Source: a virus. From it: a DNA stretch of 64,000 nucleotides. Below are positions 19,351 through 27,193 of the stretch, in pieces. The DNA is taken from the IMG/VR virus record IMGVR_UViG_3300017991_000075, positions 1 through 64,000 of that record; one strand, given 5' to 3'. Each line of letters begins with the position of its first letter. Position 1 is the first letter of the stretch. Made by a program: the position numbers and the translations under genes. A model generated the notes under the pieces. It was not told the origin of the DNA and made no database searches. It saw only the letters and a list, made by a program, of their open reading frames with translations.

Positions 19351-20506
19351 TGAACATCCTTTGCTGTCCGGGAGAATCCCAAACGAACTCAATCACTTCG
19401 AGTTCAAGCTCCTCAAGCCACTCAAGATACTCGGACGTTCCTACATCAGGACCATCGTAACGCTGGTATCCGTCCGTTGACCACTGAATCAGCGTTGGTT
19501 TCCACGGTGTGGCAGTCAGACCTGTAGACGGTACGAGTTCTCCAATCACCGTGCCTTGAGGCTGAAAATTCCAGTCAGTCCCGTAGCTGAAGCAATCATG
19601 TATTTTACTGATACCATAAGCAGCACCATGACCGCCGTCATCCCATAATTGTACGCGGTACGTTTGACGCTGCTCATCGTACTCAAAGTTCTTTCTCAGG
19701 TCCTCCCACGACTTAGGATAAAACTCGATCTCATCGCCGTAGTTATCGCAGCCTTTGTCCTTCAAGTATTGCTCGATCGGAAACCCCAAAGGAATCTCGA
19801 CGGTTATTCCCGGCAGATAACTTGAATAGAGCAGGTCTATGATCGCGCTCTCACCACTGCCATCACCCTGCCAGTTTTCGCCGTTATGCCACTCGCCTTC
19901 GGGGACACAACGGGCATCACCGCCACGATGAACCTGCACATAAGCCAGATAGCATTCACCGTATACGTAGTCTTCTGACGTTGACAACCACGTCATTTGA
20001 ATGTCGTGATTACCCGTGTAGCTGTCAGGATCGTTGTACGTGTATTCGGTGTGCCAAGCTACTCCGAACTTATCCGTGGTGGCGACAATCGCGGCACACA
20101 CCGCTTGAGCATACTGGAGTCCGTTTATGAATCTCGTGCTCTCGTAATATTCGGTATCGAGGTACTGCCAAAACCACGCCAAGTGTTCAGGTTCAATAGC
20201 TTCAAATTCAGCTTTGTACTTCTGCAACAGCTCTGTCAGCATGTTCTCATAATGCCCAGCACCATGAAACTCATCCCCTTCGTGAAACTTCACGATCGCC
20301 GGGAACAGCTTAGGCGTGACAGCACGCACCGCCTTTTCAATCTCACCATCATCGTCGTCAGGAACTCCACCGAGAAGTTTATGATCGACGTTAGCAACGG
20401 GAATTCCATCACAGATGTAGAGGAACTGTTCCTCTTCGAGAAGCTTACGAGCTTCCTCAGTTTTCGGTTCGACCACTTTCAGTTCAACCTGTTCTGTAGT
20501 CATCAT
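19334..20506 (-). CDS. Hypothetical highly acidic protein
   Basis: 390 aa, AAGGAG RBS. Confidence 0.75.
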   Translation of the reverse strand: MMTTEQVELKVVEPKTEEARKLLEEEQFLYICDGIPVANVDHKLLGGVPDDDDGEIEKAVRAVTPKLFPAIVKFHEGDEFHGAGHYENMLTELLQKYKAEFEAIEPEHLAWFWQYLDTEYYESTRFINGLQYAQAVCAAIVATTDKFGVAWHTEYTYNDPDSYTGNHDIQMTWLSTSEDYVYGECYLAYVQVHRGGDARCVPEGEWHNGENWQGDGSGESAIIDLLYSSYLPGITVEIPLGFPIEQYLKDKGCDNYGDEIEFYPKSWEDLRKNFEYDEQRQTYRVQLWDDGGHGAAYGISKIHDCFSYGTDWNFQPQGTVIGELVPSTGLTATPWKPTLIQWSTDGYQRYDGPDVGTSEYLEWLEELELEVIEFVWDSPGQQRMFNESDV

Positions 20507-20519
20507 TGATTACTCCTTT

Positions 20520-20711
20520 TCAAACAGCAGTAATAACAACAGCCGCCTGCACTCGCGGCTGTTCCAAATCGAGGTCCATAACCCAAATCCGTTTACAAGA
20601 AGCAGACACGTCTGCCTTAGTGACCGCAGCAGATGCCTGCATTCGTGTCCCTCTGACTATGACCGATTCTCCTTTCTTGAGTTTTTTCAAAACGCTAATC
20701 TTTGCCGCCAT
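20520..20711 (-). CDS. Small hypothetical protein
   Basis: Fills the gap; likely start MAAK. Confidence 0.5.
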   Translation of the reverse strand: MAAKISVLKKLKKGESVIVRGTRMQASAAVTKADVSASCKRIWVMDLDLEQPRVQAAVVITAV

Positions 20712-20724
20712 GAGTTTCAAACCC

Positions 20725-21360
20725 CTAGTCATCATCAACCTCACTGGCCGCTTCAACTTCCTTTTCTTCTACCCATGAACCCCATGAGCACACCATGTAC
20801 TCTTCCTCTTCATGATCATACAACAACGTCGTGTCGTAAGTATCTCCGAGATTGACAAACGATGCTTTACCGTAATCCCATTCACCGTTGATACCAATCG
20901 ACTCAACGCCGTGTCCGCCGATGATCTCATTGGCGGCGCACATCACCAACTCTTCAGTCCACGGCTTGTTATAGCACTGCTTGATCCACGCTTTCGCCGA
21001 TGGAAACTCATCAGGTTCTAGGACATTTTCAATCAAGCATGCCAGCACGTAAGCGTGCCACGGCTCGACACCTTTGATGTCGAGGAGCTGTTCTTCAATA
21101 TCGCGTTCATCCTCTTCCATTTCATCTTCCTCTTCAGGTTCCTCTTCTTCAGGCTCGTTTGGATCAGGCCACCCGTTATAAGCAGCACAGCACGAATCAT
21201 CGCAGCACTCCTGATGCGGTGATTCTGGTCTGAACGTCCGCCCACACCACTTGCACTCGCGTGGTCTTCCCAGACCGTCAGCGTCCTTCCACGATTCAGG
21301 ACATCCTATTTCATGGCAGTAGACACCATTGATCATTGCAGCATTACATGAATCACACAT
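20725..21360 (-). CDS. Hypothetical protein with Cys-rich N-terminus and acidic linker
   Basis: MCDSC...CHEIGC...CKWC...CCDDSC; GGAG RBS. Confidence 0.7.
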   Translation of the reverse strand: MCDSCNAAMINGVYCHEIGCPESWKDADGLGRPRECKWCGRTFRPESPHQECCDDSCCAAYNGWPDPNEPEEEEPEEEDEMEEDERDIEEQLLDIKGVEPWHAYVLACLIENVLEPDEFPSAKAWIKQCYNKPWTEELVMCAANEIIGGHGVESIGINGEWDYGKASFVNLGDTYDTTLLYDHEEEEYMVCSWGSWVEEKEVEAASEVDDD

Positions 21361-21366
21361 TATTTG

Positions 21367-21558
21367 TTACTCCCTGTTATCTGGAAGGTCTTGCAAACCT
21401 TCTAACGTCGCATAAGCGAAATATTCGCCATCCTGTGTCCAGAACTCATGCCACTCATCATCCTCATCGAGATAACGAATAATGTGTCCTAGACCTAACG
21501 TAAATTGTTCTAATTGCTCCCGTGTAAAATGTTCAAGTCCTGTTTTCTTTTTAGTCAT
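21367..21558 (-). CDS. Small hypothetical protein
   Basis: 63-aa ORF filling the gap. Confidence 0.5.
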   Translation of the reverse strand: MTKKKTGLEHFTREQLEQFTLGLGHIIRYLDEDDEWHEFWTQDGEYFAYATLEGLQDLPDNRE

Positions 21559-21567
21559 AGCGTCGGC

Positions 21568-21891
21568 CTATTCAAGATTCGCGGCACTGATAATCAGCAC
21601 ATGCGGTTTCAACGATGGATCACCATGTAGTTTCTCATAAGCACCGCCTACCCATCCTAGATAGGTCGCAGAGTCACCCCAGCATGCCTGGGGTATGCGG
21701 TTAGCAACGTAAGCAACGATAGCCCCAATCTTCTTGAAGTTCGTATCGTCAGCTCGCGTCAACGCTTTCAAAAGATTGTTTTCAAGAACTGCCGTCAAGA
21801 AACCTCCGACACGTCGTCCGTGTACCACATAATGAGCTAAGGCAATCCTGATGTCTTCAGGACATTGATCAGCATCAAATATTTGCGGCAT
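21568..21891 (-). CDS. Hypothetical phage protein (GGFLTAVLENNL...PQACWG type)
   Basis: AAGGAG RBS before MPQIF at 21891. Confidence 0.7.
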   Translation of the reverse strand: MPQIFDADQCPEDIRIALAHYVVHGRRVGGFLTAVLENNLLKALTRADDTNFKKIGAIVAYVANRIPQACWGDSATYLGWVGGAYEKLHGDPSLKPHVLIISAANLE

Positions 21892-22156
21892 CTTTATTCT
21901 CCTTCTCAAGACGTGCTTCATACATTTCTTTAGCAACCTTTACATCCGTGCTCAGACCACAACCTTCCGTATCATGAACCGTGTAATGGCTCAGGTGTTG
22001 TGCTTGAAGAACGTACTTCGTTAGCTTCTCAATATCATCCGGGACCTCAACCAACTTCTTAGCGCAGATTCTCACTATTTCCTTTGCACGAGAATCAATC
22101 TCTGCCAAATGTTGACCGATTTGATCGTACACATTATCAGTTTGCTGTTGCGGCAT
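21875..22156 (-). CDS. Hypothetical protein
   Basis: AAGGAG RBS before MPQQQ at 22156. Confidence 0.6.
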   Translation of the reverse strand: MPQQQTDNVYDQIGQHLAEIDSRAKEIVRICAKKLVEVPDDIEKLTKYVLQAQHLSHYTVHDTEGCGLSTDVKVAKEMYEARLEKENKDAANI

Positions 22157-22601
22157 CTTTATTCTCCTTAGCAATCTGCTCACGTTCATAGGCGTAGGGA
22201 TCGACATTTTCACTCAGTGCAACATCATACACCTCATACAAGTAATCCTTGATCTGGTTTCGATCCTTACCAGAAATCGTCATCGTAATCCCGTGAATCA
22301 GCGAAGGTTTCACACAGATGATATGCTCAGTCCAGCCGTCATAATACCCGACATCATTCATGTGGTGAAAACTGGTTATCAGAACCAGTTTTTCACCCGT
22401 GCTCGCATCAACGTCGATCTGCGTCCCATTATCAATACCAGCACCACTTGGCAGCAAGCTCTCCATATGCCTGATACCTTCGAGATGCTTTTCCTCCCAC
22501 AACGTGTTGTGGGTTTCAATACAACGCTTATAGGCGTCGATCCGACTGGCGATCGCCCTGTACAGCGGCTGCTTTATGATCGTTGTTTCCTGTTCTGACA
22601 T
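22137..22601 (-). CDS. Hypothetical phage protein (LPSGAGID...FHHMN.GYYDGWT type)
   Basis: 154 aa, AAGGAG RBS. Confidence 0.7.
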   Translation of the reverse strand: MSEQETTIIKQPLYRAIASRIDAYKRCIETHNTLWEEKHLEGIRHMESLLPSGAGIDNGTQIDVDASTGEKLVLITSFHHMNDVGYYDGWTEHIICVKPSLIHGITMTISGKDRNQIKDYLYEVYDVALSENVDPYAYEREQIAKENKDAATAN

Positions 22602-22612
22602 GATCGTTCTCC

Positions 22613-22810
22613 TTAGTATTCGATGTCTGAAAGCTTATAAATGTCCGTCCACGTTCTCGCACATGTAGCGCAATGAACGTTCTGGCGCACTGCATCCGGT
22701 TCAAGTGCATTCTTTAGACCGAGTGCTTCTATCTCGTTTGATCCACAAAACGGACAGACAAGTCCACGCTTGTTGAGATATTCCTCAACAAATTCTTCTT
22801 GTTCCGCCAT
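22613..22810 (-). CDS. Small Zn-ribbon protein
   Basis: CPFC...CATC; AAGGAG RBS. Confidence 0.7.
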   Translation of the reverse strand: MAEQEEFVEEYLNKRGLVCPFCGSNEIEALGLKNALEPDAVRQNVHCATCARTWTDIYKLSDIEY

Positions 22811-22898
22811 GATCTGTTCTCCTTTGACTTCAAAGCTCCAGCCTGTTTACGCTGGAGCTTCCGTTCCTGTCGTCTTACGTAACGACTCCACAAATCTT

Positions 22899-23243
22899 TT
22901 ACAGCACTTCGAGATATTTGTATCCCCATGATTCAAATGACTCCTTAGCACGACCGGCGTCGATCTGTGAGCACTCTTCATAGCTCTTACCGAATTGTGA
23001 CATCGCCTCACATAACGCCGATGCGAATTTATCGTAACCGGAACCACCAGCGCGAGTGGTTGCGGAATTGGAGTTACCATCCTTACACAACGGACCCTTC
23101 CAAACAGAAACCGTAAGCGTGCAAGTGTAACCGCCACGACCGTCACCCCAATTGGCAACGATCTTACCGGCGAACTTGCCTTTGAACGTCAACGCCACAG
23201 CACTGACGCTCTTTACATGACTGAGATCGAAAGCCGTTCTCAT
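22899..23243 (-). CDS. Hypothetical phage protein (AGGSGYDK motif)
   Basis: 114 aa, AAGGAG RBS. Confidence 0.7.
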   Translation of the reverse strand: MRTAFDLSHVKSVSAVALTFKGKFAGKIVANWGDGRGGYTCTLTVSVWKGPLCKDGNSNSATTRAGGSGYDKFASALCEAMSQFGKSYEECSQIDAGRAKESFESWGYKYLEVL

Positions 23244-23389
23244 GATTTGTTCTCCTTTTTAGGTTCTACGCAGACGATATCTTTCACCCCTTTAGCATTG
23301 AGTCGTTTCCACGTTCTACGCCACGCCTCACGAATCCGATAACGGACGCTTTCTGCTTCAGGGTCTTTACGGGCTGCTTTACTTTTCAC
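23240..23389 (-). CDS. Small basic protein, 49 aa (below ORF-track cutoff)
   Basis: GTG-KSKAARKDPEAESVRYRIREAWRRTWKRLNAKG...; its stop overlaps the next ATG (ATGA). Confidence 0.45.
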   Translation of the reverse strand: MKSKAARKDPEAESVRYRIREAWRRTWKRLNAKGVKDIVCVEPKKENKS

Positions 23390-23391
23390 GA

Positions 23392-24030
23392 TCAGTCATC
23401 CCTGTGCATCGACAAGGCGATGCCGTTGGTGTAATGGCACGACACATCCTGACCTTCAGGAACGTCACCGGGCATTATCAGACGCATGGCACAACCACGC
23501 GGATCACGCTGATGGTACACGGTGCCGCCGAGCTTCTTAGCAATCTCTTCGGCATGATCGCGGAGTTTATCAATCGTCTTTTCCATGCTCTGCTCATAGT
23601 ACCCGTTACACTCCCGCGTATAGTACCCTCGCAGCTTTTCACTGATCTCGCAGAGCTTGTACACAGTGTCCCTGATTTCCCTAACAGGTAGATCAGGAAT
23701 CATGTCACGCTGGGCTAACCCTGCGAACACATGCCCGATCTTCTTACGCTTATCATACCGCATGCCCTTGAGCAACGGCCTCAAAAGCCTACCGCTCTCA
23801 CGCCACGCCTCGTACTTCGAAGCAGGTTCCACCTGAAGCGTCACCTTATCGCCGACGTTGTTGATCTTGTTTGAGATGTGAACATTACGCATCTCATCAC
23901 GACAAACCGCCGAAGCATAGATACATTCAGCGGTTTCCCTATCCGGGCACTCGATCGCGAGCACATTGGTTTTATCCCTAGCCTCTCCCCAACCGCTCAT
24001 GAAATCGTCAACCATTTGAACTATCAACAT
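23392..24030 (-). CDS. Hypothetical phage protein (DDFMSGWG N-terminus, HQRDPRG C-terminus)
   Basis: 212 aa, AGGAG RBS. Confidence 0.7.
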   Translation of the reverse strand: MLIVQMVDDFMSGWGEARDKTNVLAIECPDRETAECIYASAVCRDEMRNVHISNKINNVGDKVTLQVEPASKYEAWRESGRLLRPLLKGMRYDKRKKIGHVFAGLAQRDMIPDLPVREIRDTVYKLCEISEKLRGYYTRECNGYYEQSMEKTIDKLRDHAEEIAKKLGGTVYHQRDPRGCAMRLIMPGDVPEGQDVSCHYTNGIALSMHRDD

Positions 24031-24247
24031 TTTGTTCTCCTAAGATAAGATGCTTATACAGAATCCGCCCCTCTTCAGTGGGTTTCCACACTTTGACTGA
24101 ACCCCATTTAGTATTTTCTTTTTTGACAAATTCACAATAAGCCACGAAACTCCACTGGTTACTCCAATGGTATCTATCAAATAACGCTAGAAGCACAGTC
24201 TTGTCTGCGTCATCTGCGTATAACTCGATTTCCTTTCGAACCTTCAT
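24008..24247 (-). CDS. Hypothetical protein
   Basis: 79-aa ORF in the early operon. Confidence 0.55.
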   Translation of the reverse strand: MKVRKEIELYADDADKTVLLALFDRYHWSNQWSFVAYCEFVKKENTKWGSVKVWKPTEEGRILYKHLILGEQNVDSSNG

Positions 24248-24256
24248 CTTGTTCCC

Positions 24257-24463
24257 CTATTCAGGATCGCTCATATTGCGATATGGTTTACCTTCAGCAA
24301 GTTCGCTCACCCGCACACCGCTGTGCGGATAATCATCCGGATAACACTTCTGAGCTTCTATTGACGCTTCAGTTCTAGTGTTCCACGCATAAGGCGGATT
24401 GTTTCCACTCAGCTTTACCGGCTTCCATACGCCGGGAGATACTTCGACTTCGATTACAAACAT
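24257..24463 (-). CDS. Hypothetical protein
   Basis: 68 aa, AGGAGG RBS. Confidence 0.6.
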   Translation of the reverse strand: MFVIEVEVSPGVWKPVKLSGNNPPYAWNTRTEASIEAQKCYPDDYPHSGVRVSELAEGKPYRNMSDPE

Positions 24464-24717
24464 GTTTTGAAACCTCCTTTATGGAGATGAGCATTAGGAC
24501 ACTCGATCTCTTCAGCACCTTCAGGCGGTGCAATCTTCATAGGATCGTGCTGTGGTTTTTCCTCTGTTTCAGTGACAAACATCTTACAGCATGTCGGTAA
24601 AAATGTTTCGATCCACTCATCACGTTCCTTTTTAGACGCGAATATGTCATACCACCACGGCCCACCCGGACGCATGCCGGGCGCATTTATTACCCACCGG
24701 TATACGGTGTAATACAT
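24454..24717 (-). CDS. Hypothetical protein
   Basis: 87 aa, AGGAGG RBS, TAATG coupling. Confidence 0.6.
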   Translation of the reverse strand: MYYTVYRWVINAPGMRPGGPWWYDIFASKKERDEWIETFLPTCCKMFVTETEEKPQHDPMKIAPPEGAEEIECPNAHLHKGGFKTCL

Positions 24718-25043
24718 TAGGGTCCTCCTGTCTTTTCGCGTTCACGCAAGCGATACCAGTAAAGCTCATCGCTTGAACAAATCTCAACAGTAACAAGACC
24801 GGCGCTGTACATTACGAACGCATACTCATCCGGATTTACCCAAACCGTATGAGACGTATCCCAACGCCAGTCCTGTCGTTCTATAAAGCCCGCAGGCAAC
24901 TCTCTAAACATTTCCTCCCGTGTATGATAACGACGCGGCCCTGAAAGGTGCGTCGTGATTGTTCCAGTCGGAGTCTTGCGTGTGAGAACTCCGTTGCAGT
25001 GCTTCTCGATGAAGCTATCGAATTCCGGCGTCAATCGCGGCAT
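24717..25043 (-). CDS. Hypothetical protein
   Basis: About 108 aa; likely start MPRLT. Confidence 0.6.
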   Translation of the reverse strand: MPRLTPEFDSFIEKHCNGVLTRKTPTGTITTHLSGPRRYHTREEMFRELPAGFIERQDWRWDTSHTVWVNPDEYAFVMYSAGLVTVEICSSDELYWYRLREREKTGGP

Positions 25044-25302
25044 CCTTAGCAACCCATTCCCTCAACTGCCGGACTTCACGCTTGGCTTTATCGGCCTTGC
25101 GCTGCTCACGAAGCTCGATTGCAACCCGTGCAGCCTTTTCATAGGGAACGCCAGTAACACGTTCCGTAAGCAATCCGGTGCCCTTAGCGAGATCACGCAA
25201 ACGGCGATTACTCATGTTGTTACGCAGGAACAGCTTTGCGAGAACATCAATCTGGTCAATGTTTTCTACCAGTGCCCTCACGAGTGTGTGCATCTTAGCC
25301 AT
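25015..25302 (-). CDS. Hypothetical basic protein, first gene of the early operon
   Basis: 95 aa, GAAAGG RBS. Confidence 0.6.
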   Translation of the reverse strand: MAKMHTLVRALVENIDQIDVLAKLFLRNNMSNRRLRDLAKGTGLLTERVTGVPYEKAARVAIELREQRKADKAKREVRQLREWVAKDAAIDAGIR

Positions 25303-25329
25303 GATTCAAACCTTTCTTGTTAGAACAAA

Positions 25330-25860
25330 AACACTTGGTTTATTAGTCAGGACTGCCCCGACTTCCTTATCGTCCGCAGGTACGGGCGATAAGAGAGTCG
25401 GGGCACTGTGTCTACACAGTGCCCCTCTCACGGATTGCTTTCCGTTCAACACAGTTTTTGATTGTGGTTATATTACTTCCACGCTCTTAGCGTTCAGTTC
25501 CTCATCGTACTAGGTTCACCGTATAACCGCGTCTGAGTCTTCACATTCATTACCTTGGGCGTACTCTGGACCCTCCGTAATATAGCTCGCTGATTCCCCG
25601 TCTCCCATAAGGGGCAAGCTGGTCACACTATCCACGCTGCACTTCTAACAGCGCAACGCTTTTTAGGAATCCGTTTTCATGCCTCTAAGAGTCCGTCCTG
25701 AACGAATCAGCGATACCTCTATAGCGCATTTTCACAAATTTTGATTAGAACCGCGTACCTACACTGTACGGTATACCGTTCCGATGTCTGTCACCAGCAA
25801 CACGGAACCATGATTATTAGAGAGTATTTCCCTAACACGATACGCATTATCTAAAGGAGT
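25330..25860 (-). ncRNA. Candidate large structured non-coding RNA or leader
   Basis: About 530 nt with no credible ORF, dense in hairpins, plus a long-range 10-bp helix (25587-25596 with 25704-25713); TTGACA lies upstream at 25881-25886 on the minus strand. Confidence 0.4.
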
Positions 25861-26082
25861 TTTGCGTAAACGGATGATGATGTCAAATAGCGTAGACATA
25901 CCGCGACTAGCGATTATGACGTCTCCTTATACGTACTACGTCACAAACGTTTTTACGTTATGTCCGCAACAATCCGCGCAACATTTCCGCAATCGTACTA
26001 TGTTGCGCACAACCCGAAATATGTGGCGGGTTGTGTCCGTTACGGGTTGTTACTTGCTATAATTGCCAAAAAACGGAGTGTA

Positions 26083-26158
26083 AACGGTTTTACCGTTACT
26101 TATGCCCCTTGAACGTTCAAGGGGCATAAGTAACGGCACTACAAATTGTAGTGCCGTT
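26083..26158. repeat. Perfect 44-bp palindrome (26093-26136) chained to two overlapping inverted repeats
   Basis: CCGTTACTTATGCCCCTTGAAC|GTTCAAGGGGCATAAGTAACGG; AACGGCACTACAA-A-TTGTAGTGCCGTT (26132-26158); AACGG-TTTTA-CCGTT (26083-26097). Confidence 0.95.
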
Positions 26159-26185
26159 TCAAGGTTTCCGGGTTGTGTTCGTTGC

Positions 26186-26674
26186 TTATGCCTTATTGAA
26201 AGCATCCGCTATCGCGTCCGTTACTGCCGTTTTTACGGCATCCGCTATAGCGTCCGCGATCGGTAGCATTGCAGAAGCTTCTGCCGTTGCTTCCTTAGTT
26301 GCTTCCTTGGTTGCTTCCTTGGTTGCTTCCTTGGTTGCTTCCTTGGTTGCCTTGCGTTTCGGTGCAAACGTTTCAAGCTTCATTCTGCTATGCGTTACTG
26401 TCAATCCCGCGAAACGTTTTGTTAGTCCAGAAACACGGGTTTTCGCTTCCTTCATCGCTTCCCGTAACGCGGTTTTCGGCAGTCCCGTTAGTGGGAGAAA
26501 ACAAGCTTTCCGCGTTTCCGTATTGCGTTTTGCCTTCGTTGCTCTGAATCCCCAAGCTTGCAAAGTGTTCGTTACTGCTTGGCGTAGTTCGTTGCTTTCC
26601 GATTGAACAAAACACCACAAAAAAGCACGTTCAACAATCGTAGTAACCTTGATACGAGTAACCTTGTTAGCCAT
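26186..26674 (-). CDS. Basic protein with (ATKE)5 repeat; isolated gene with its own promoter
   Basis: 162 aa, AGGAG RBS, strong promoter upstream, hairpins downstream. Confidence 0.7.
   Translation of the reverse strand: MANKVTRIKVTTIVERAFLWCFVQSESNELRQAVTNTLQAWGFRATKAKRNTETRKACFLPLTGLPKTALREAMKEAKTRVSGLTKRFAGLTVTHSRMKLETFAPKRKATKEATKEATKEATKEATKEATAEASAMLPIADAIADAVKTAVTDAIADAFNKA
26286..26350 (-). repeat. 12-bp tandem repeat x5 (GTTGCTTCCTTR)
   Basis: Directly visible; encodes KEAT repeats. Confidence 0.9.
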
Positions 26675-26779
26675 TGTAATACACTCCTATGTAAAAGATC
26701 GTTTCCGCATAGGTAGCAAGGCATACCGTATGCCTTGCGTTTTAACCTTGCTAGCGGAAATGTAAAAGAACCTGTACGG

Positions 26780-26807
26780 AATATAGCTTTATTTGTTGCT
26801 ATGTAAA
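26780..26807 (-). promoter_or_regulatory. Sigma70-like promoter TTTACA-N16-TATATT with AT-rich upstream element
   Basis: About 100 nt upstream of ATG 26674; T-tracts upstream. Confidence 0.6.
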
Positions 26808-26952
26808 AACAAAACTTGATAGATACGCCAAAAAAAACTTTTTAGATAACACAAAAAACACTTGAAACCCCCATATATAGGGGTTTTTAGGCATTTTCTT
26901 GGCAGATTATTTTGTATAAAATATCGTATTTTGTGGTAATTTTCTGGCCAAA

Positions 26953-27058
26953 AAACGGCAAGAAAACCGCCACGAACACAACCCGAAACGGCAAGAAAAC
27001 CGCCACGAACACAACCCGAAACGGCAAGAAAACCGCCACGAACACAACCCGAAACGGC
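26953..27058. repeat. 33-bp tandem repeat x3.2 (AAACGGCAAGAAAACCGCCACGAACACAACCCG)
   Basis: Three identical units with no spacers; internal 11-bp sub-periodicity. Confidence 0.95.
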
Positions 27059-27193
27059 GCACTACCGAACATCTGTATGCACAAACACTGGCCAGAAAAA
27101 CAGCAGGGGCGGACCAAAATCAGGCCGCCTAAAATCTGCCAGAAAAGTCAGGAAACCCACGCCACAGAAAAGCCCCAAGAAACCGGCTCGTAT

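Noticed and set aside
25330-25860. tRNA, tmRNA, RNase P RNA, hammerhead ribozyme or group I intron
   Set aside because: No T-loop/acceptor pattern, GAGGAAAGUCC, CUGAUGA-GAAA core or group I R/S elements found by eye.
26953-27058. CRISPR array
   Set aside because: The 33-bp units are contiguous with no unique spacers, and no cas genes are present.
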